Below, piece by piece: positions 28,174 to 44,650 of a stretch of DNA of 64,000 nucleotides (position 1 is its first letter; each line of letters begins with the position of its first letter). The notes beneath the pieces are model-generated. The model ran no database searches. It was given only the letters and a program-made list of their open reading frames with translations, and was not told the DNA's origin. The DNA lies in assembly GCF_009834535.1 (NCBI RefSeq), contig NC_045696.1, positions 63,862,001 to 63,926,000 on the forward strand, given 5' to 3'. Both the position numbers and the translations under genes were made by a program. This DNA comes from Camelus ferus. Its lineage: Eukaryota.

Positions 28174-29799
28174 GGAAAGACCAAAGAGTTACTGTACAAT
28201 CTCCGGGTTCATGAAACACATTCTGAAAAGTCATACAAAAAGTTTCTTTATAAAAGAGTTAATTAAAACCAATGGCAATATTGTTATTCTGCCAAACTTT
28301 TTTATCCATTAAAACTTGCAGTGTTTCTAACGAGCATTATTACTAATCACCTTGTAGAGTTGAGAAGGCGGGGATTCTCTTTCCCTGGTTAGAGGTAAGG
28401 TGCCCAAAGTAAAAAGAGGTTGTAATACTCATCTAAGGTCAGAGTTAGACTAGAAAGCTGGTCTCAGACCATGTCCATCAACCCAACAAATTATTAAAAT
28501 TTGATTATTAAAATTCATTGTTACCACAGCAGTACAACCCCCACCACTTTACTACTATACAGTCTGTTAGTGTGTTTGAAGGTGTTTCACACCGTTGTCT
28601 TTTTTTGATCATGACAATGTTAAGAAAGTAGAACAAGTATCATCAACAGTACTTGACAGATGAGAAAAGGGGGCTGAGAGAGATTATACCAATTACTAAA
28701 GGCAGTATTACTAGCTAATGGAATGGAACTGCACTAGGACTGACACCTCCTGACATCTGATCCATCCACTATTCCTGTCACAGCACTGCACTACCTATTT
28801 TATAGCTTCATAAGCGGTGAGCATAGATTCTCTCGGAAGAAACCTGGTATCTTCCTGCTCACAGAAAGTGAGATATACAGCCAATCCACATCCTAAGATA
28901 CGGGCAAACTCCCTCCTATTGTATTTACTCACAAAGTTTAAAAGCATCCAGCCGAACTTACTGTTAGTGAGAGCTAGGACCAATGTGGATAAATTAAATC
29001 TATATTCAACTAATAACTGCATCTAATCATTAGTTTTAATTTCATTTTCAATTCATAAACAATGAGATGTATTTTAACTGTTTCTTTTCACCAATTTTCT
29101 TTCCTTGTTCTGACCTCTGGTGGAATTTTAAGTAAGTATACTCATTTCTCAAGTACCGAAATATAAATGGTAAATAATTCTTAAAAGAATTTATGCATGG
29201 CTCTGAAATTTCTTATATAATTGTTCTCCCCACTAGAATTACTCTTCTAAATGGGTTTCACGTAAGCTAACTTTAGTACACTAATATCAAAATGAAGTTT
29301 TGATCCCTTATACCCTAACTAGGGAATACAGGCTCAGAAACAACTGCTTTGTTAAAATGTTCTCCAAATAAACATCATGAAGGTAAGCAAAAAGCAGTCT
29401 AAACTATAATTACTTTTATCCTGTTTATTGTAAACATGGAAAATGAGATGGAGCCCCAAATCATTAGCCAAATTACTCATACCTAAGGTATATCTGATTG
29501 AAAAAACATATATATAAATGAGCCAAATTTATGCACAATGTTTATTTTGTAATCTGAAACAACATAGCGTGGTGCAGAGATCTGGGTCTCACCCACCCTG
29601 GCCAGAAGTAACTGCTGAACCTGCCCAGATGCTTCACTTTTCTACGTCTCAAGTTCCCCATTTACAAATTAAAGCGTTACAGTTAAAAAAGCAATACTGA
29701 GAATAAAATTTCTACTCTTTCCACACTCAAAATGACAGAGTTCATATTGTTAGCAAAAGTACACATGACCACAGTCAAGTTAAGCACTTCAATATCTCA

Positions 29800-30246
<447 letters not shown>

Positions 30247-33097
30247 TTACTTTTGCTGAGATGTTTCACTGTCGAAGACATCAGGCACCTGACTACGCAC
30301 TTCCTTTCTTGAACTTAGGGTGTGATTTCAATCTAGGAAAAAGTACCCTGCACACACAGGAAGAGGTTATTTTCTATAAATGCCACTTATGTAAGAACCG
30401 ATGACTGTAAGGACTTATACTTGTTGACATGTTCTTTTCTTGATATATTCAATATAAAATTCATAGTTTGATTTTTTTTAGAAAGTTTTTTCATTAAAAA
30501 CTATTCTTTACTTCTGTGAGGTGCCCATCATTCTTAATTCACTTCCAGTCTCTATGATTATTTACAATATCTTCACCAAATGAGGAAAACACATACACAT
30601 TAGTGATAGGTTTGAAAGCAAGATTCTTGTAGTGTCAAATTAAGTTTATCTTTTAATTTTTCCATCCTTCTTTCAAGATCGCATGGTAAAGAAACTAGCT
30701 TTGAAATGACTGATTAAGATACTACCACAGCACTTTGCCCTAAACTCTACCAAGCTATGGAATCTGAGTATTTATATAAACCCTTAAAACACAAATAAAT
30801 GGCTTATAAATAGAACTACTAAATAATATTCTCTGAAAACATGACATAAGAAATTTAATAAAGAGAAATGTCACTGTTTCCTTAAACATTTGCTATTTGG
30901 CCAGAGACAGGAAGGAAATCTCTAAAGCGACAGTCTCCCAATCTTCCTGTCCTGTTTCACTCCCACCTGTCCCACCGCACTCGGTGTTTAGGAGAACAAC
31001 ACTCTCCCATCTATCCTGACCAAGATGTCCATTACTAGCAGCTCAGACAAGGTGAGAAGGGTTCAAAGGAAGGATTTTCTTAGAAAATAAAGGAAAAAGT
31101 AACCACACAAAAGCACAAAACAGTTTTCAGAACATGGATTTCTCATCTTTAACACAGGACAATCTTAAGTTTCTTTTCCTGCTAAATCCCGCTAACTCAA
31201 AAAGTAAAGGAACTGTCAGCTATGTAAATTCGCGGTGTGAGACCTAGGGATATCCTCAGCCCCTCAGAGAATCCTCTAGATACTACCAGTGGTTTTCAAC
31301 TGGGAGTAGGAGGGTTAGAGAGTTAGAGAAGGAGAACTTGATTCAGTGAGTCTGACAAGAGACTGTTTTGAAAGAGAAAACAAAACAAACATATGCAAAC
31401 CCCTCCCTCAGTGATTCTCCCGCCCCTCCCTCCACACTCCAAACCACCGCCTCTGCTCTAGTCAGCCTGGCTCTAACGCCTGCTGCCCTGAAACCCTGGG
31501 AGGAGCAGCTCTTCTCTGAAGGGCTTCCATGTTCCTCTTCTAGGCTACAGATCGTTGCACTGACCTTAAAACAAACTCCCCTGCTTCTCTTGAAGGGATC
31601 CCCTATGGGTTCAAGTTCCTGAGAAAAGTAACTTACAACCAGGAATCATTTCTCTCTGAGAGCGTCTGGCCTAAGCATATTTACTACTAGTTGCGGAGGC
31701 AAGTTCTGCCGTCATTGATTGTTCTAGACCTAATAGGCCTAATTTCACTAAGCCTTAAGAGTCAGACACCATTTTTCTTTGGAGTTTATCTGTCCTATAC
31801 CAGTTCCTTCTAATCAATGCCTCTTCTTGTCTCAAAGTCAGAAATATCTGATGGATCTCCAAAAATTTTTTTTTCTGAAAGACTGGCTCCTTGCAGCCCA
31901 TGTGTAGGGCAGAGATAATTGATGCACTCTGCACACAGGCAGGACCCAACCACTACCTCTGCCCACTTCTTTAGCTTCTCTTCAGTCTCTTAATGACTCA
32001 TTTTTTCACAAAAATCATATCAGAAAAAGAGAGAAGAGGAAGGCTGTCCCCTCACAAATTAAGACAAACTGGGACTCACATCTGACAGAAGCTTATGAAA
32101 CAAGAAATACATAAAACTAGAAAAAAATAGGGTGTTTGTTAGACAATTAACTCTCTATTTAAAATGAAAATAAAACAAAAAGAAATAAAGAAGAAAATAG
32201 GAATGATATGTAATTTGGTAATTTTTCATTCTCTTTATCTGCTCTCTCTCAATATTTCCGTATCTTGGTCTCTTTTCTCTAATGGATTCAAGGAAGGAAG
32301 AAAGGACAGTGAATTGGATGCTAACTCTTCTTATTCATTACTTCCTTCATTTAGGGATTTTGATTCTACACTCTCTTTACACTATTCTATTTGAGGAATT
32401 AATGTAAAAAACAGTTACTGGTGTAAGAATCAATGCTAGATGGGAAAAGAAGCCATAACAATAAAGAAAGAACAAAAAGCAGGTGGAATTTTAATGATTA
32501 CACATTTTCCTTCTATTTACTCATTTGTAAAGTTACTAATACTTGCCTTTACCACTTTGTTTTTATAAAGTGCTCATTAAATGTTAATAAACATTAATAA
32601 ATAAGTGAATGAATTCTATAATTCTACCTCTGTCTGAATTTTTACTACTTACTTTGTGAACATAGGAGCAAAAAATGCAAAAGAATAAAATAATCCGAAT
32701 ATACTATAGAAATATCCAGAGATAATATTAATAGAATAAGATAAAAAAGTCATTGTATCTTTTATTCTAATCACATTCTTTCCACATCTTCTGAAATCCT
32801 TGTCATTTTTTTTTTTTGTTGTTCATAACCTTAACCTTCATTTTACCTCAAATAGGACAATGAAATGAACAAAGTAATCAACCACAAAGGGGCATATTTC
32901 ATCTCCCTTTTCTTTTAATAACACAGCTATCTCGTTTGTTTCGAACTTTCTTTTGTGGTTTACTGTTTATTCTAAAGATTTATTATATTTTAGAAAGGCT
33001 GACATAAAGCATCTGAAATAACTAAGTTTGGTCTAAGGCATACAAAGGTTGTATCTTAATGCCTGAATTAAAATGATGAGGATTTGTTTGCTTTTAC

Positions 33098-33177
33098 CTG
33101 TTCTTGGGTTCGATTCTTCCAGTACAACCATCTCTTTTTCCAATCTGGACCCACCATATTTTCAATTGCATTTTCGG
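33098..33177 (-). CDS. OPA1: OPA1 exon 23 (80 nt), paddle membrane-insertion region
   Basis: (T)[26 protein letters not shown]; tag/gtaaaa. Confidence 0.97.
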
Positions 33178-33650
33178 CTAGAAAAATTTTTTAAAAATTA
33201 ATTCATCATGAATTTTATCACTTACCAAGAACATAAATGATAACTAATGCTGTCTTGCTTTCGTAACTGTTTCAAAATGCTATATCAATACAAAGTCAGC
33301 TGAAATTTTTAAAAACTGTATTATTGAAATGTAAATGTATAAGAATCATGTATGTTTAGAATCTATGAAAAATACAATTGCTTATAAAGTTCCCATAAGT
33401 ACAGTAGCAAACACTAAAATAGTCTGAATCACAGCTTTTAGAATATGAGCACATATAGCATGTGTCCAATTCAATAATATTTAAGAATAGTTTATAAGCA
33501 GTTGACTGAAAAATTCCACAAATAATATTTAACTAGAATATTTATGACCAAGACCCTGAAATGGAATTTTTTTTTTTAAACCAATGTTCACTAAGGTTAA
33601 TGACTCTGTCTCCACTGGGAATACTCAAAACTCAATAACCCATGTCCCTA

Positions 33651-33800
<150 letters not shown>

Positions 33801-34011
33801 TTACCATTTTAGTAATTTTTATTCAAACTGACAGCTTAGCAAATATCCAAAAATAACAGATGTATCTACAACAACATAAAAGTATGTCCCTCCCACACAA
33901 ATGTAGGAGGTCTTATTATCTGTCTGCTTATCACCTTTTTGTCTAAAAAATAAATAGTGGAGATTTTCTCCTAGCCCAAATTAAATGAATTCACTATCTA
34001 TAAGACAGTCA

Positions 34012-34048
34012 GGTGTGGGTGGGTGGGTGGGTGTGTGTGTGTGTGTGT
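34012..34048 (+). repeat. (GGGT)n(GT)n compound microsatellite
   Basis: Seen directly. Confidence 0.9.
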
Positions 34049-35053
34049 CTGTAGAATTTCATACTTAACTACATAAAATTATACCCTAGAACCTTGATAT
34101 TCAGGAGCTAGGGATTCAGATCATGTCTACTGTTCCCTTTTGCCATTATGACCTGTGTTAGCATTTTCAAAAAAAAGAGAAGAGGAAAAAAAAGCAATAA
34201 CCATTATCTGACTGTGAACAGCAATGAAAAATGTAATGGAAGGAAGCTTAAAAGGTCTAGACAACCATAAGTAAATGTTAGTTATTTATTATAAGAAAAT
34301 TGGTCTCCAAATGTTATAAATATCGAACAAATGAATGAAAATGGCACCATTCTCTCAGAAATCTTAAAGCATTTGACAAGAATGAATAATGTTTTCAAAT
34401 ATGAAGACAAACATTTCTTCAAAAAAATTATAATTACCATCAGCCTATAGTGAGATACGCATTTTCCTAGAAAACTACTCAATCTTATCTTTCAACAGGA
34501 TCTCTCATAACTGCGCAGAGCAGGTGCTTAATAAGGTTTGATTATGGTGATGAGAACATTCTACGTAACAAAAGATTTATCAGGTAGTAGAGGTCAGGAG
34601 CCAGGTTTTGTAATTAGAGTGGGGCTCATATCCCAGCTTTGTCAATAACAGTAACAGAACTGCTTAAGAACTAAATAAAATAATGCTTACAAAATACATA
34701 GCAGAGTTTCTGGCACCTCGTAAGCACTCAATATATGGTAGTTAGCATTACGATTTTAGAATTCTAACATTTTATGACTCAACTCCGCTGAAAACCAATT
34801 CATCTAATTCCCACTGTTACCAATGAGAAGCAGCTATCCATAGTTTAGGCCCATGTAAATTTGGTGGAAGTTTATAGAAAACTGTTTACTTTGAGGTCTG
34901 ACTTTTTTTTTGAAATGATAGCCAAGAAAGAAATAGCAGAGGATGATTTTAGAAGGGCAGAGAAATGTCAAAGGGCCTATTACATTTCATAAACCTATTT
35001 CTTTCCTTCATTATTTTCAATTCAGAAGATAATTTAGCCATATAAAAAGTCTA

Positions 35054-35275
<222 letters not shown>

Positions 35276-35423
35276 CTAGAATTATTAAAAAGAAAAAAAC
35301 TGTATTTATACTGCATACTTTTATTTAACGTGTAACAAGAAAAATAAGCACGTGAATGTAAGCCAAACAGATGTGACAGATCAGTTTATCAGAAGTGATA
35401 AATCAGTGTACCAGAAAACACAT

Positions 35424-35502
35424 GTGATGTATAACTGAATCACTATGCTGTACACCAGAAATTAACACAACATTGTAAACTGACTATACTTCAATTAAAA
35501 AA
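35424..35502 (+). mobile_element. Very short young L1 3' tail with TSD
   Basis: ataactgaatcactatgctgtacaccagaaattaacacaacattgtaaactgactatacttcaatt(A)n; TSD aaaacacat at 35415-35423 and 35503-35511. Confidence 0.85.
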
Positions 35503-35534
35503 AAAACACATATAAAATCATGTTTTTAAAAAAA

Positions 35535-35853
35535 AAGTAGCAAATATAAACTCTGGCCTAAAGGGCTCATATTGGTAGCTGGCGGGATAGATTTGGCCTC
35601 CTGACATGTTTTGCTACACATACACAGTGTCTTTAATTTTTAAAAATTAGTAACCAATATTTAAAACCTGAGAGACTTTATATAAAATCTGCGTTTCCAG
35701 CCTCTTCCGAACTATCTAGCAGCACTGGGCCCATGTTTTCCTGCACAGCACCACCCACTGGAGCCCAACAGGAGCTGCCCCTCCCGAGAAGGTCCGCACC
35801 CCATGGTGGCCGCCAGACTCAGGTCATCCAAACATCTGAGTTTGCCTGCTTCT
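35535..35853. mobile_element. hAT-Charlie element (MER102-like)
   Basis: aaaatctgcgtttccagcctct...gcagcactgggccc resembles the recalled MER102 consensus. Confidence 0.5.
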
Positions 35854-36714
35854 GCCACACTGTAACAAGTTGCAAATTTCTTAATGATTTAATCTCTCAC
35901 ATCTCTGCCTTTATACAAATAGATGAAGTAATGTGTCAATACTTTTAAACATAGTTGAGTATTACTCAGCCTTGCATTACTGCTAACTCCCAACTATCTG
36001 ATAGTGTCGAAAGCAATTAAGAACTAAACCTACTTAGGATTAAGTGGATTAGTTAATGCTGTGTTTTTTATTTGCCCCTTCTCATTTTAAACATTAAGAA
36101 ATTATGGCATAAAGAAAGGTGACTGTCCAAGAACACAGGGAAGTATTAAAATTAGTTTCTTGACCCTCAGCAGGTTCATGTCTTTCTACCACACCTAGGG
36201 GAGGGAGAAAGCAGCAGGAGACAAAGTCACTTGCCATTTTTGCGATCACTTCCACTGCTCGAACCTTAGGATGTGAAAATATGATGCTATCATGGGACAG
36301 GGCCCAGAAAAATGTCAGGGCCAGTGGTGAGGAGTGCTGGTGACATGGTGGTGGCAGCTCTCTAATTACTTCAGGGGTAAATGTGTCAAGAACTGACCAG
36401 GGGTCAGCAACATGCAGCTTAGGTAGAACAGCTGTTAAGAGTTCTTAGAAAAAGAGGCTTGAGGGAATTGAGATCAGAGGTGAAGAAGCAAGGACGGGAG
36501 CAGAACAGGAAAGGGGTGAAAAACACCTGAATAATTAGACACTGACATTTTGTTTCTAAGGTAGGTATGAACAACAAAATTATTTTTAATGTGGATTCTT
36601 ATTTTGTGAGCAACCTCACACAGAAGTACAGGACACACTGACTCTTATCCACAACAACCAGTCTTCAGAGTGATTTGAGAGGCAAGATCAACCTGGATGA
36701 TGATGATCATCATC

Positions 36715-36875
36715 ATAACAGCAGCTGACATTCACTGAGTGGTTACTATGGACCAGGTACTGTCAAAGTATTTTACATATGTTAACCCCTTGTAACAATC
36801 TGTGCCATAGGCAACAATTTTGTCCCTATTTTATAGATGAGGAAACAAGAAGCATATTAAGCAAATAGCCCAACG
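36715..36875 (-). mobile_element. MIR SINE
   Basis: cctattttatagatgaggaaac core, reverse orientation. Confidence 0.6.
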
Positions 36876-37348
36876 ATAGCATACACTTATGAACAAGATA
36901 CACGGGTAACAGAAATGCATTCTCTAAGGGACTTTCTTAAAATTCTTAGTCTAACCTGGTAGGGTCCTAACTAAGAAAATAATTATTTAAGTAAAATTGA
37001 GCCCTGCAGAAAAACCAACAAATGAATTGTTTCATCCATTAGCCATTCTCCTTATGGAATCTCTATCTGCAGAGGAAGTTCAAACAAATTTTGCTGGTTT
37101 TGTTAAAAGCTACCTTTGGAAGGACAACCAATACCCTCAGACCAATACCATATCAATTAGTAAATTTTGTTTTTTTAACAGTCGTAACTGGTAACAGCAT
37201 TACGGTTAATCCCAGCACAGATATTAGGAAAAGAATAAAAGGAGCATAAGGACCAAAAAGAAAGATAGTGACTGCGATGGGAATAAAACCTAAAATTCAC
37301 AGCTCCTACTCCCTTCAGATAATGCTTCTTACCCATTTAATTAAATTA

Positions 37349-38290
<942 letters not shown>

Positions 38291-38879
38291 TAATATTAAT
38301 ACACACTTTATACACGTTGACTGTGAAGTGGAGTCCAAGACTGTAAACTTCTTGGTACGATTTTAATAATTTATCAGACCACAGCACAAAGCACAGAGAT
38401 GCTAACAGATATTGCTAGGTAAAACTGTGCAACACTGCATGATAATATAAAAGATGCAAAATCAAGTTGAAAATACTACCTTAGAGGACATCTTACAAGA
38501 ATACAGTTCTCTAAATAGAAAAAAGACAACTATTTCAATCAAGAAAAAAAGAAATCTCAAGAAAATATTTATTTGGCTTCTCCCAAACTAATCTCTACTG
38601 CAACATAATACTACAACACACAAAAACACCCTGTTTATCAAGTGATCAGTCTTAAGAGTAACCTCCACCTTTTGGGATGTAGCCACAAAGCTCAGGGTAG
38701 CAGAAACACCTCTTCTATCCAAAAGCCAAACTGCACTTTCCTTGGGTGAGAGGAGTCAACATTCCCTCATAGATAAGATTGCTTGTACTCACCCAACGTT
38801 TTGTGTAAAATTAAGTCTACTGAGTCAATGAGCTTAGCTGCTGGCTTTCCCTTGCTAATTTTCAGTGTCTTTTTCCCTG

Positions 38880-39140
38880 ACAACCAGGAAGTGGAAGAGT
38901 ATGGGAGGGAGGACAAAACAGGTGAAGATACAGAGGTACAAACATCCAATTATAAAATAAGTCATGGTGATGTAATACCAACATGAATAATATGGCCAAT
39001 AATATTGTAATAATTTTGTATCAGGACAGATGGTATCTAGACATCTTGCCATGATTGTTCCATAATACATGCACATGTCAAATCACTATGTAGTATACTG
39101 AAACTAACATAATACTGTATGTCAACTATGTTTCAATAAG
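38880..39140 (+). mobile_element. L1 3' end (L1MA9-like)
   Basis: gaggtacaaacatccaattataaaataagtcatgg...atactgtatgtcaactatgtttcaataa. Confidence 0.7.
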
Positions 39141-39147
39141 AACAAAT

Positions 39148-39221
39148 GGAAGGAAGAAAGGAAGGAAGGAAGGAAGGGAGGGAGGGAGGAAAGGAGAGAA
39201 GGAAGAAAGGAAGGAAGAAAG
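39148..39221 (+). repeat. (GGAA)n/(GGGA)n purine-rich tract
   Basis: Follows the L1 tail directly. Confidence 0.9.
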
Positions 39222-40574
39222 AGTATGAGAATAGGATACACCACTGAGGACAAGAAGGATCAAGTCAATGGTATTAATGACAGATAATGGGATAATTTTA
39301 AGAACAAGATGGAAGGAAAGAAGCTTATCAGGGCCATCCGTTCAGATACAATTTTCAAAAAGATGAACAAAAGATCAGGATCCAGCCTCTGACCACTATG
39401 GCCTTTTGCTGCTCCTGCCTCAGAACACACATGGTCTGTTACCTCTTCCTAGGAGTCCGTGGGACAGGAATCCACAATTCAGACTCCCCTTCAAGGAGAT
39501 CATAACAAAACCCCAGACCACCAAATCCTGACAAGCCTTAAGTAACTTTCTCAAAGGAGGCTGCAGCTTCCCAATCCACCACAGGCAGCTGCTGTCACCT
39601 ATCCTTACCCGGGCTCACTCACCCTTTCATCACCAAGCTGCTGTCCTCTGTCCAGGCTCCCCTGCTTCCCTCCATCACAATAACTTTTCTTGTGCCCTCA
39701 GTATGTTATGAAACCCTGTTCCATAACAAACAACGATTTTACACTCTCACTCTTTCTCCGCTCCTTGCATCTTTAATCCTCTCCTGACTCTCCCTTACAG
39801 GCAGTCACTGTCCTTGAATCCTGATGCCTGAAAGCAAGAATTAGTTGAACGTGCTTCAGAGTTAGGAAGTGGAAGCTATGTTCTCCTCACCCGACAATCT
39901 CTCTTCCAGACCATTTGTCCTCAACTTACAGCAGCCGATTTCCCCAGTATGTGTTCTACGTGATTGTGGACTTCTTCCCTATCCTAACCTAAGTTTTGCC
40001 ATCATCCAGGGATAAATTCCACTAATACACAAAATACAATTGCCATTATAGTTCTATTTATTACCTTCTTTTTCTCCCAAACCTTACCTACCTCCTTTTT
40101 AATTAAATTTTTTCAAAACGGAATTTTTTCTTTTAAAGTGGAAAACTTACTCCATGTAACAATTTCAACCAACACAGAAAAAGTAAAAAATCCTCCATAA
40201 TTTCTCTTTCACTAGATGACATCAAGTCACAGCTTAATTTATCATTAGAAAGTTAATGCCTACATTACTATTTGTGTGTATTTACACAGGTGGATAATTA
40301 CACATACTGTTTAATAAATACAATAAAAAAGTATATTGTTCATAGTTTTCCATGTCAACAACCTATTATTTTTCAATGGGTCCGCAGTAATACACTCCAT
40401 GGATAAATCAACTATTATATAATTCCAAATAGAAACATAAGTGTTAATTTTTTTAACACTTAAAAACAAAACCATGGTGAAGATTCTTATGCGTTCATCT
40501 TTTGTCAAAAATATCTTCATTTCCATAGAGTTCTAGCAGCATAATTACTGGATACAGATGTACTCAGTGCTTAA

Positions 40575-41060
40575 CTAACTCCTCTTCTACATTACCTGCC
40601 AATCACTAAATCCTGTCAATTCTATCCTCTAGGTAACCTCTCAAATATCTCAAAACTGTCTCCCCTTCTCCATCTGCACAACCACAGTTCAAGTTCAAAC
40701 CACCATTGCTTCTCATCTTGATTATTTCAACAGCCAGCTGTCTCCTTGCTCAGTTTTCCCTGCCTGTATTCCACTTTCCTTACTACAAAGATCCTTCTGA
40801 AATGCAAATGTGACTTAAAACTCTTCATTGACCCTTACTGCTCATGGGATAAATCCCAAGCTTCTGAACATGACATGTAAAGCCCTTAATCATCTATTCC
40901 TGGTTTATATCCACTATTTCATCCCCTCCTCTTGCCTCCTTCTATGCTGAAGCCATAGGTAACTATTCAGTTACCTATGCCACCTTTCTTGGTCTCTGCA
41001 ATATTCTGGTCACTGCCTTTTACCCAGCACCTATTCACTCTTTAAATCTCAGATTATGAT
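40575..41060 (+). mobile_element. L2 fragment
   Basis: atcactaaatcctgtcaattctatcctc...ttctgaaatgcaaatgtgac...gggataaatcccaag; pyrimidine-rich L2 signature. Confidence 0.55.
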
Positions 41061-42064
41061 ATAAGAAATCTGAGGGCACTTAACTGTGCATTCCTATTTT
41101 CCTTTCATTCTTCTAACTTCAACAAAATAAACTTAATACTTTATCAAAAATTGTATGCATAGCACAATATTATTTTTTTAAAGTGTATTTCTACAAGTCC
41201 AGCCAGCTATCCTTCTAAATGACATGGAAAAAAAGATCTGACTATAATGGTGGTCACATAGTGTTAATGATGTATCATTATCTCCTGCTTAGTGTCCACA
41301 ATCAACTCCTAATGAGCAAGTGTATTGTGTGAAAATGTTGAGCCTATTTCTCACTATAATGAAGCATATGTCAAATCTAAACCTCCCATAACCTTCTAAA
41401 AATATAACTGAAGTATTGTAGAATGACAAAATGCCTGTAACACTGTTTTCATATCACCAACTACAGATCAAACAGTCCTGTCACTTAAATAATTATAAAC
41501 ATCTTAGGCATGCATCCTAAAATGTCACATAAGGCATTATGCAGCAAAAAGATACTACATAAGACATCAACTATGTCATAAAAATAAAACATTTTGGATA
41601 CAATGCAGTTGAAATCAATGTGGCTCAAACAGCTAAAATTAGGACCTGCTATTTTGATCTATGTATTAAGTGATAGAGTCTGGGAGGAAAAAAAAAAAGT
41701 GGGGCGTTGGGGGGCGGGTAGGAAAGTGATGAAAAGATCCAGCAGCTTAAAGAATAAATCTCTGGCAGCCAGACATCCTAGTTCTCTTCCCTTGCCTTTT
41801 CAATAGCCAATCTGGTAACATAGGTTTCTTAACCCCTCACAGTTCCCTTCAGTCATCCATGTGTTAGGTAAATTAAATTTATCTTTAAGGCTCACTTGAG
41901 TGTATGCATACTTTGACTTCAGACTTGCTCTGTCCAAAGAAAACTAACCATTTCCACCTGATAATGCCAAATTCTCCCATAAAGAGCATTATTGTTACAG
42001 TTTACAAATCACTTTTTCTGTACATTATCCTTATACAACCTAGTAAGTAGTATTACATTCATTC

Positions 42065-42112
42065 TGTGTGTGTGTGTGTGTACATATACATACACACACA
42101 CAACATATATAT
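42065..42112. repeat. (TG)n-(TA/CA)n compound microsatellite
   Basis: Seen directly. Confidence 0.85.
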
Positions 42113-43318
42113 ACATCTCTTGCAGACTTCAAATGCTGGTTGATTTTCAGAAAACCACAGAACTAGCTTAAAATACAAATAATAACAAAGATAACAAGTT
42201 GCTTTGTGTATGTGTATATATGATTAGTCAATCAACAAATACAGGTAAGACCAGAATTCCTTTTGGATAAGGAGAAGAGATTAAAACAGGAAAATTTTAA
42301 CCACTTGAAGAGAGAAAAGGGTTCACCACTGAGGAAAAGTTAAGGAAACTAGTGACACTCAACAGAAATCTAAGGACTGGACACTACTGTCTCCAGTCAA
42401 TTTTGATAACCTTCAACTGAGCAAACAGAAGAGTTACAGAAAATATTTATAGTGAATGGTAATAAGGATAGTTCTGCTTTAAGAAAAATAAATTCTTAAA
42501 ATATTACATATTTCATTAGACATTTTATGTACAAGGAATTTGATAATTAAAATATGATTATAAAACTTTCAGTGCTATTTATATATAGCATGCTTGAGGT
42601 ACATGGAACCTATTTTGGTTAGTGTGCTATTCCAACAAATTAAGGAATGCCAATATTTACATAAAACAGGTGGAAGGTGATAGCTTGCCTTAAAAGCAAT
42701 TTTTGCATGAGTATTTTTCAAAAGGATGCATTTACTTGCTATTTAAAAAAAATCTTAAATAGAATTCAATTTCAAATGTAATCTGTACAAAACATATCAG
42801 GCAGATCTTACCAAAAGCACCAGTGTTCTTATGCAGATATGAGAATTTGAAAACAATACGGTCTTCTCTTTAACAAATCAATTTTCACTGTAGATTTGTT
42901 CTCTATGTGTAATTCAACTAGAGCAACCACTTTTGACAGACTGATATTTATCTAAATCACAATTTGATAAAACTTTTACCTAAATGATTTTACAGAAATA
43001 AAAATTATGTATTTATTAAGTATAAAGTAAAGAAAAGCCTAAGACAAATCAAGACTTAAAAAGAGCATGGAGAATGCTATCTTTCAGAATGTCTCTTCTC
43101 AGAGATATTTAATAAGTGCAAAATTTATTACAGTTAAAATATTTGATTGGTTACTGATTAGATTTTACAGGAAGACATACTTCTCTGCTCTTGCCTGTTT
43201 ACTAAGTGTTTGGGGGGATAAGTGAAGGCTACAATAAATCACTGCTTTATTGATCTAAATTTTAGTATTCCATTATAATTTATATAGTAAAGTCTTTGAG
43301 AAAAGGTCAAATACTCAC

Positions 43319-43395
43319 CAATGTTTTGGTGTAACCTGGCTCAGACTGATAACTTCATCGAGGATTTCATTTTTAGCTTTTTCAAATAGTTCATT
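43319..43395 (-). CDS. OPA1: OPA1 exon 19 (77 nt)
   Basis: NELFEKAKNEILDEVISLSQVTPKH(W); tag/gtgagt. Confidence 0.97.
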
Positions 43396-44170
43396 CTAGG
43401 CAATACAGATACATGTAAGATTCTCATAAGTTAGTCAATTTGCCGCGCCATGTTTTTCAGACATTAACTAAAAGGAAGGCCTCTGACAGGATTCTGGCTG
43501 GGCTTAGGTTTGAAGCATGCATGACCAGCAAGTAACGCTCCTCTCTTCCAGTCTCTTTTTTAGGAATGTCAATATTCAGGTTAAGACAAAGAAACTGACA
43601 CAAACATCTATCTTATTCAGCTAATTCTGAATACAGTTTTTCACGTAACATTTGTTCAGTTAAGTTTTTCACATGACAAATGTTATGTGATAAAGTTATC
43701 AATACATATTAATTTACTGTATTAGTAATAGTAAGTTGATGTTGTGTTTTACAATTGATGGCATTTTAAGATCAAGGAAAACCAATACATAAGTCCCACT
43801 AACAGAGTATATTTCTCCATAGGAAACAGAGAGAAGGTAAAAAAGATGTTGCACAATTTTTAAAAGTTTACATTAAATATGTTAATGTGATAAAACTCTT
43901 AAAGAATATTCTTCACCTTCTCAGAGAACATTTTTAAACACTTGTTTTGACAGCCTATGATTACTAATTCTTTTATTATTATGTAACAAATAATTTAAAT
44001 TATTGTAGAAGTGACAACTGCTCCTGGAAATGCAACCTTGCTGTCCTGAATCAGTAATCGTGGTCAAAACCAAAACAATTTCGATTACCAGATTTTGCTT
44101 TACATAAATTTTGTTACAGCACAATATTAAACTAGGTATATACAAAATACACAAGGTACACAAAGATTAC

Positions 44171-44235
44171 CCGGTCAAGTTCTCGCAGGCGAGGATAGTT
44201 ATTCTTCCACTCCGTTTCAAGGTTAAAACGTGTTG
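44171..44235 (-). CDS. OPA1: OPA1 exon 18 (65 nt)
   Basis: (A)[21 protein letters not shown]; cag/gtaatc. Confidence 0.97.
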
Positions 44236-44477
44236 CTGAGGAAGAAGGAAAGATGCTCAAGTTTGGGGATTCTCTTCCATTCCAGATGCAGTAGTTAAAG
44301 ACTACCTCACAAATCTTCTGTATTGACTCAATTTCTGAGTGTGACCCTGTAAGTTCCTGAGTACCCTGGGCTCTTAATATCTGAATTGCATTACTGCAAC
44401 AGTTTTCCAGACTAATCTCCTTGACTTTAGTCTCTCCATTTTCAAGCCACAAAGCACATAGCTGAAGCAATTTGGAC

Positions 44478-44650
44478 AGTTGCTAAGAACGTGGACTCTG
44501 AAGTCACATCACCAAGATTCAAATCCTGGGTCTATTATCTATTACTGTTTGATGCTGGGTATGTTACTTAGGTAAGTTATTCTGTGCCTCAGTTTGTTCT
44601 TCTGTAAAATGGGAATTATATTTACAAGGTTGGTGAGGGACTCAATGGGA
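44478..44650 (+). mobile_element. MIR SINE
   Basis: aagaacgtggactctg...tctgtgcctcagtttgttcttctgtaaaatggg. Confidence 0.75.

Noticed and set aside
44132..44470. 112-aa minus-strand ORF and similar ORFs at 29797, 35051, 37346, 45065, 48924, 55078 and 26353
   Set aside because: These are OPA1 exons read through into intron, not independent genes
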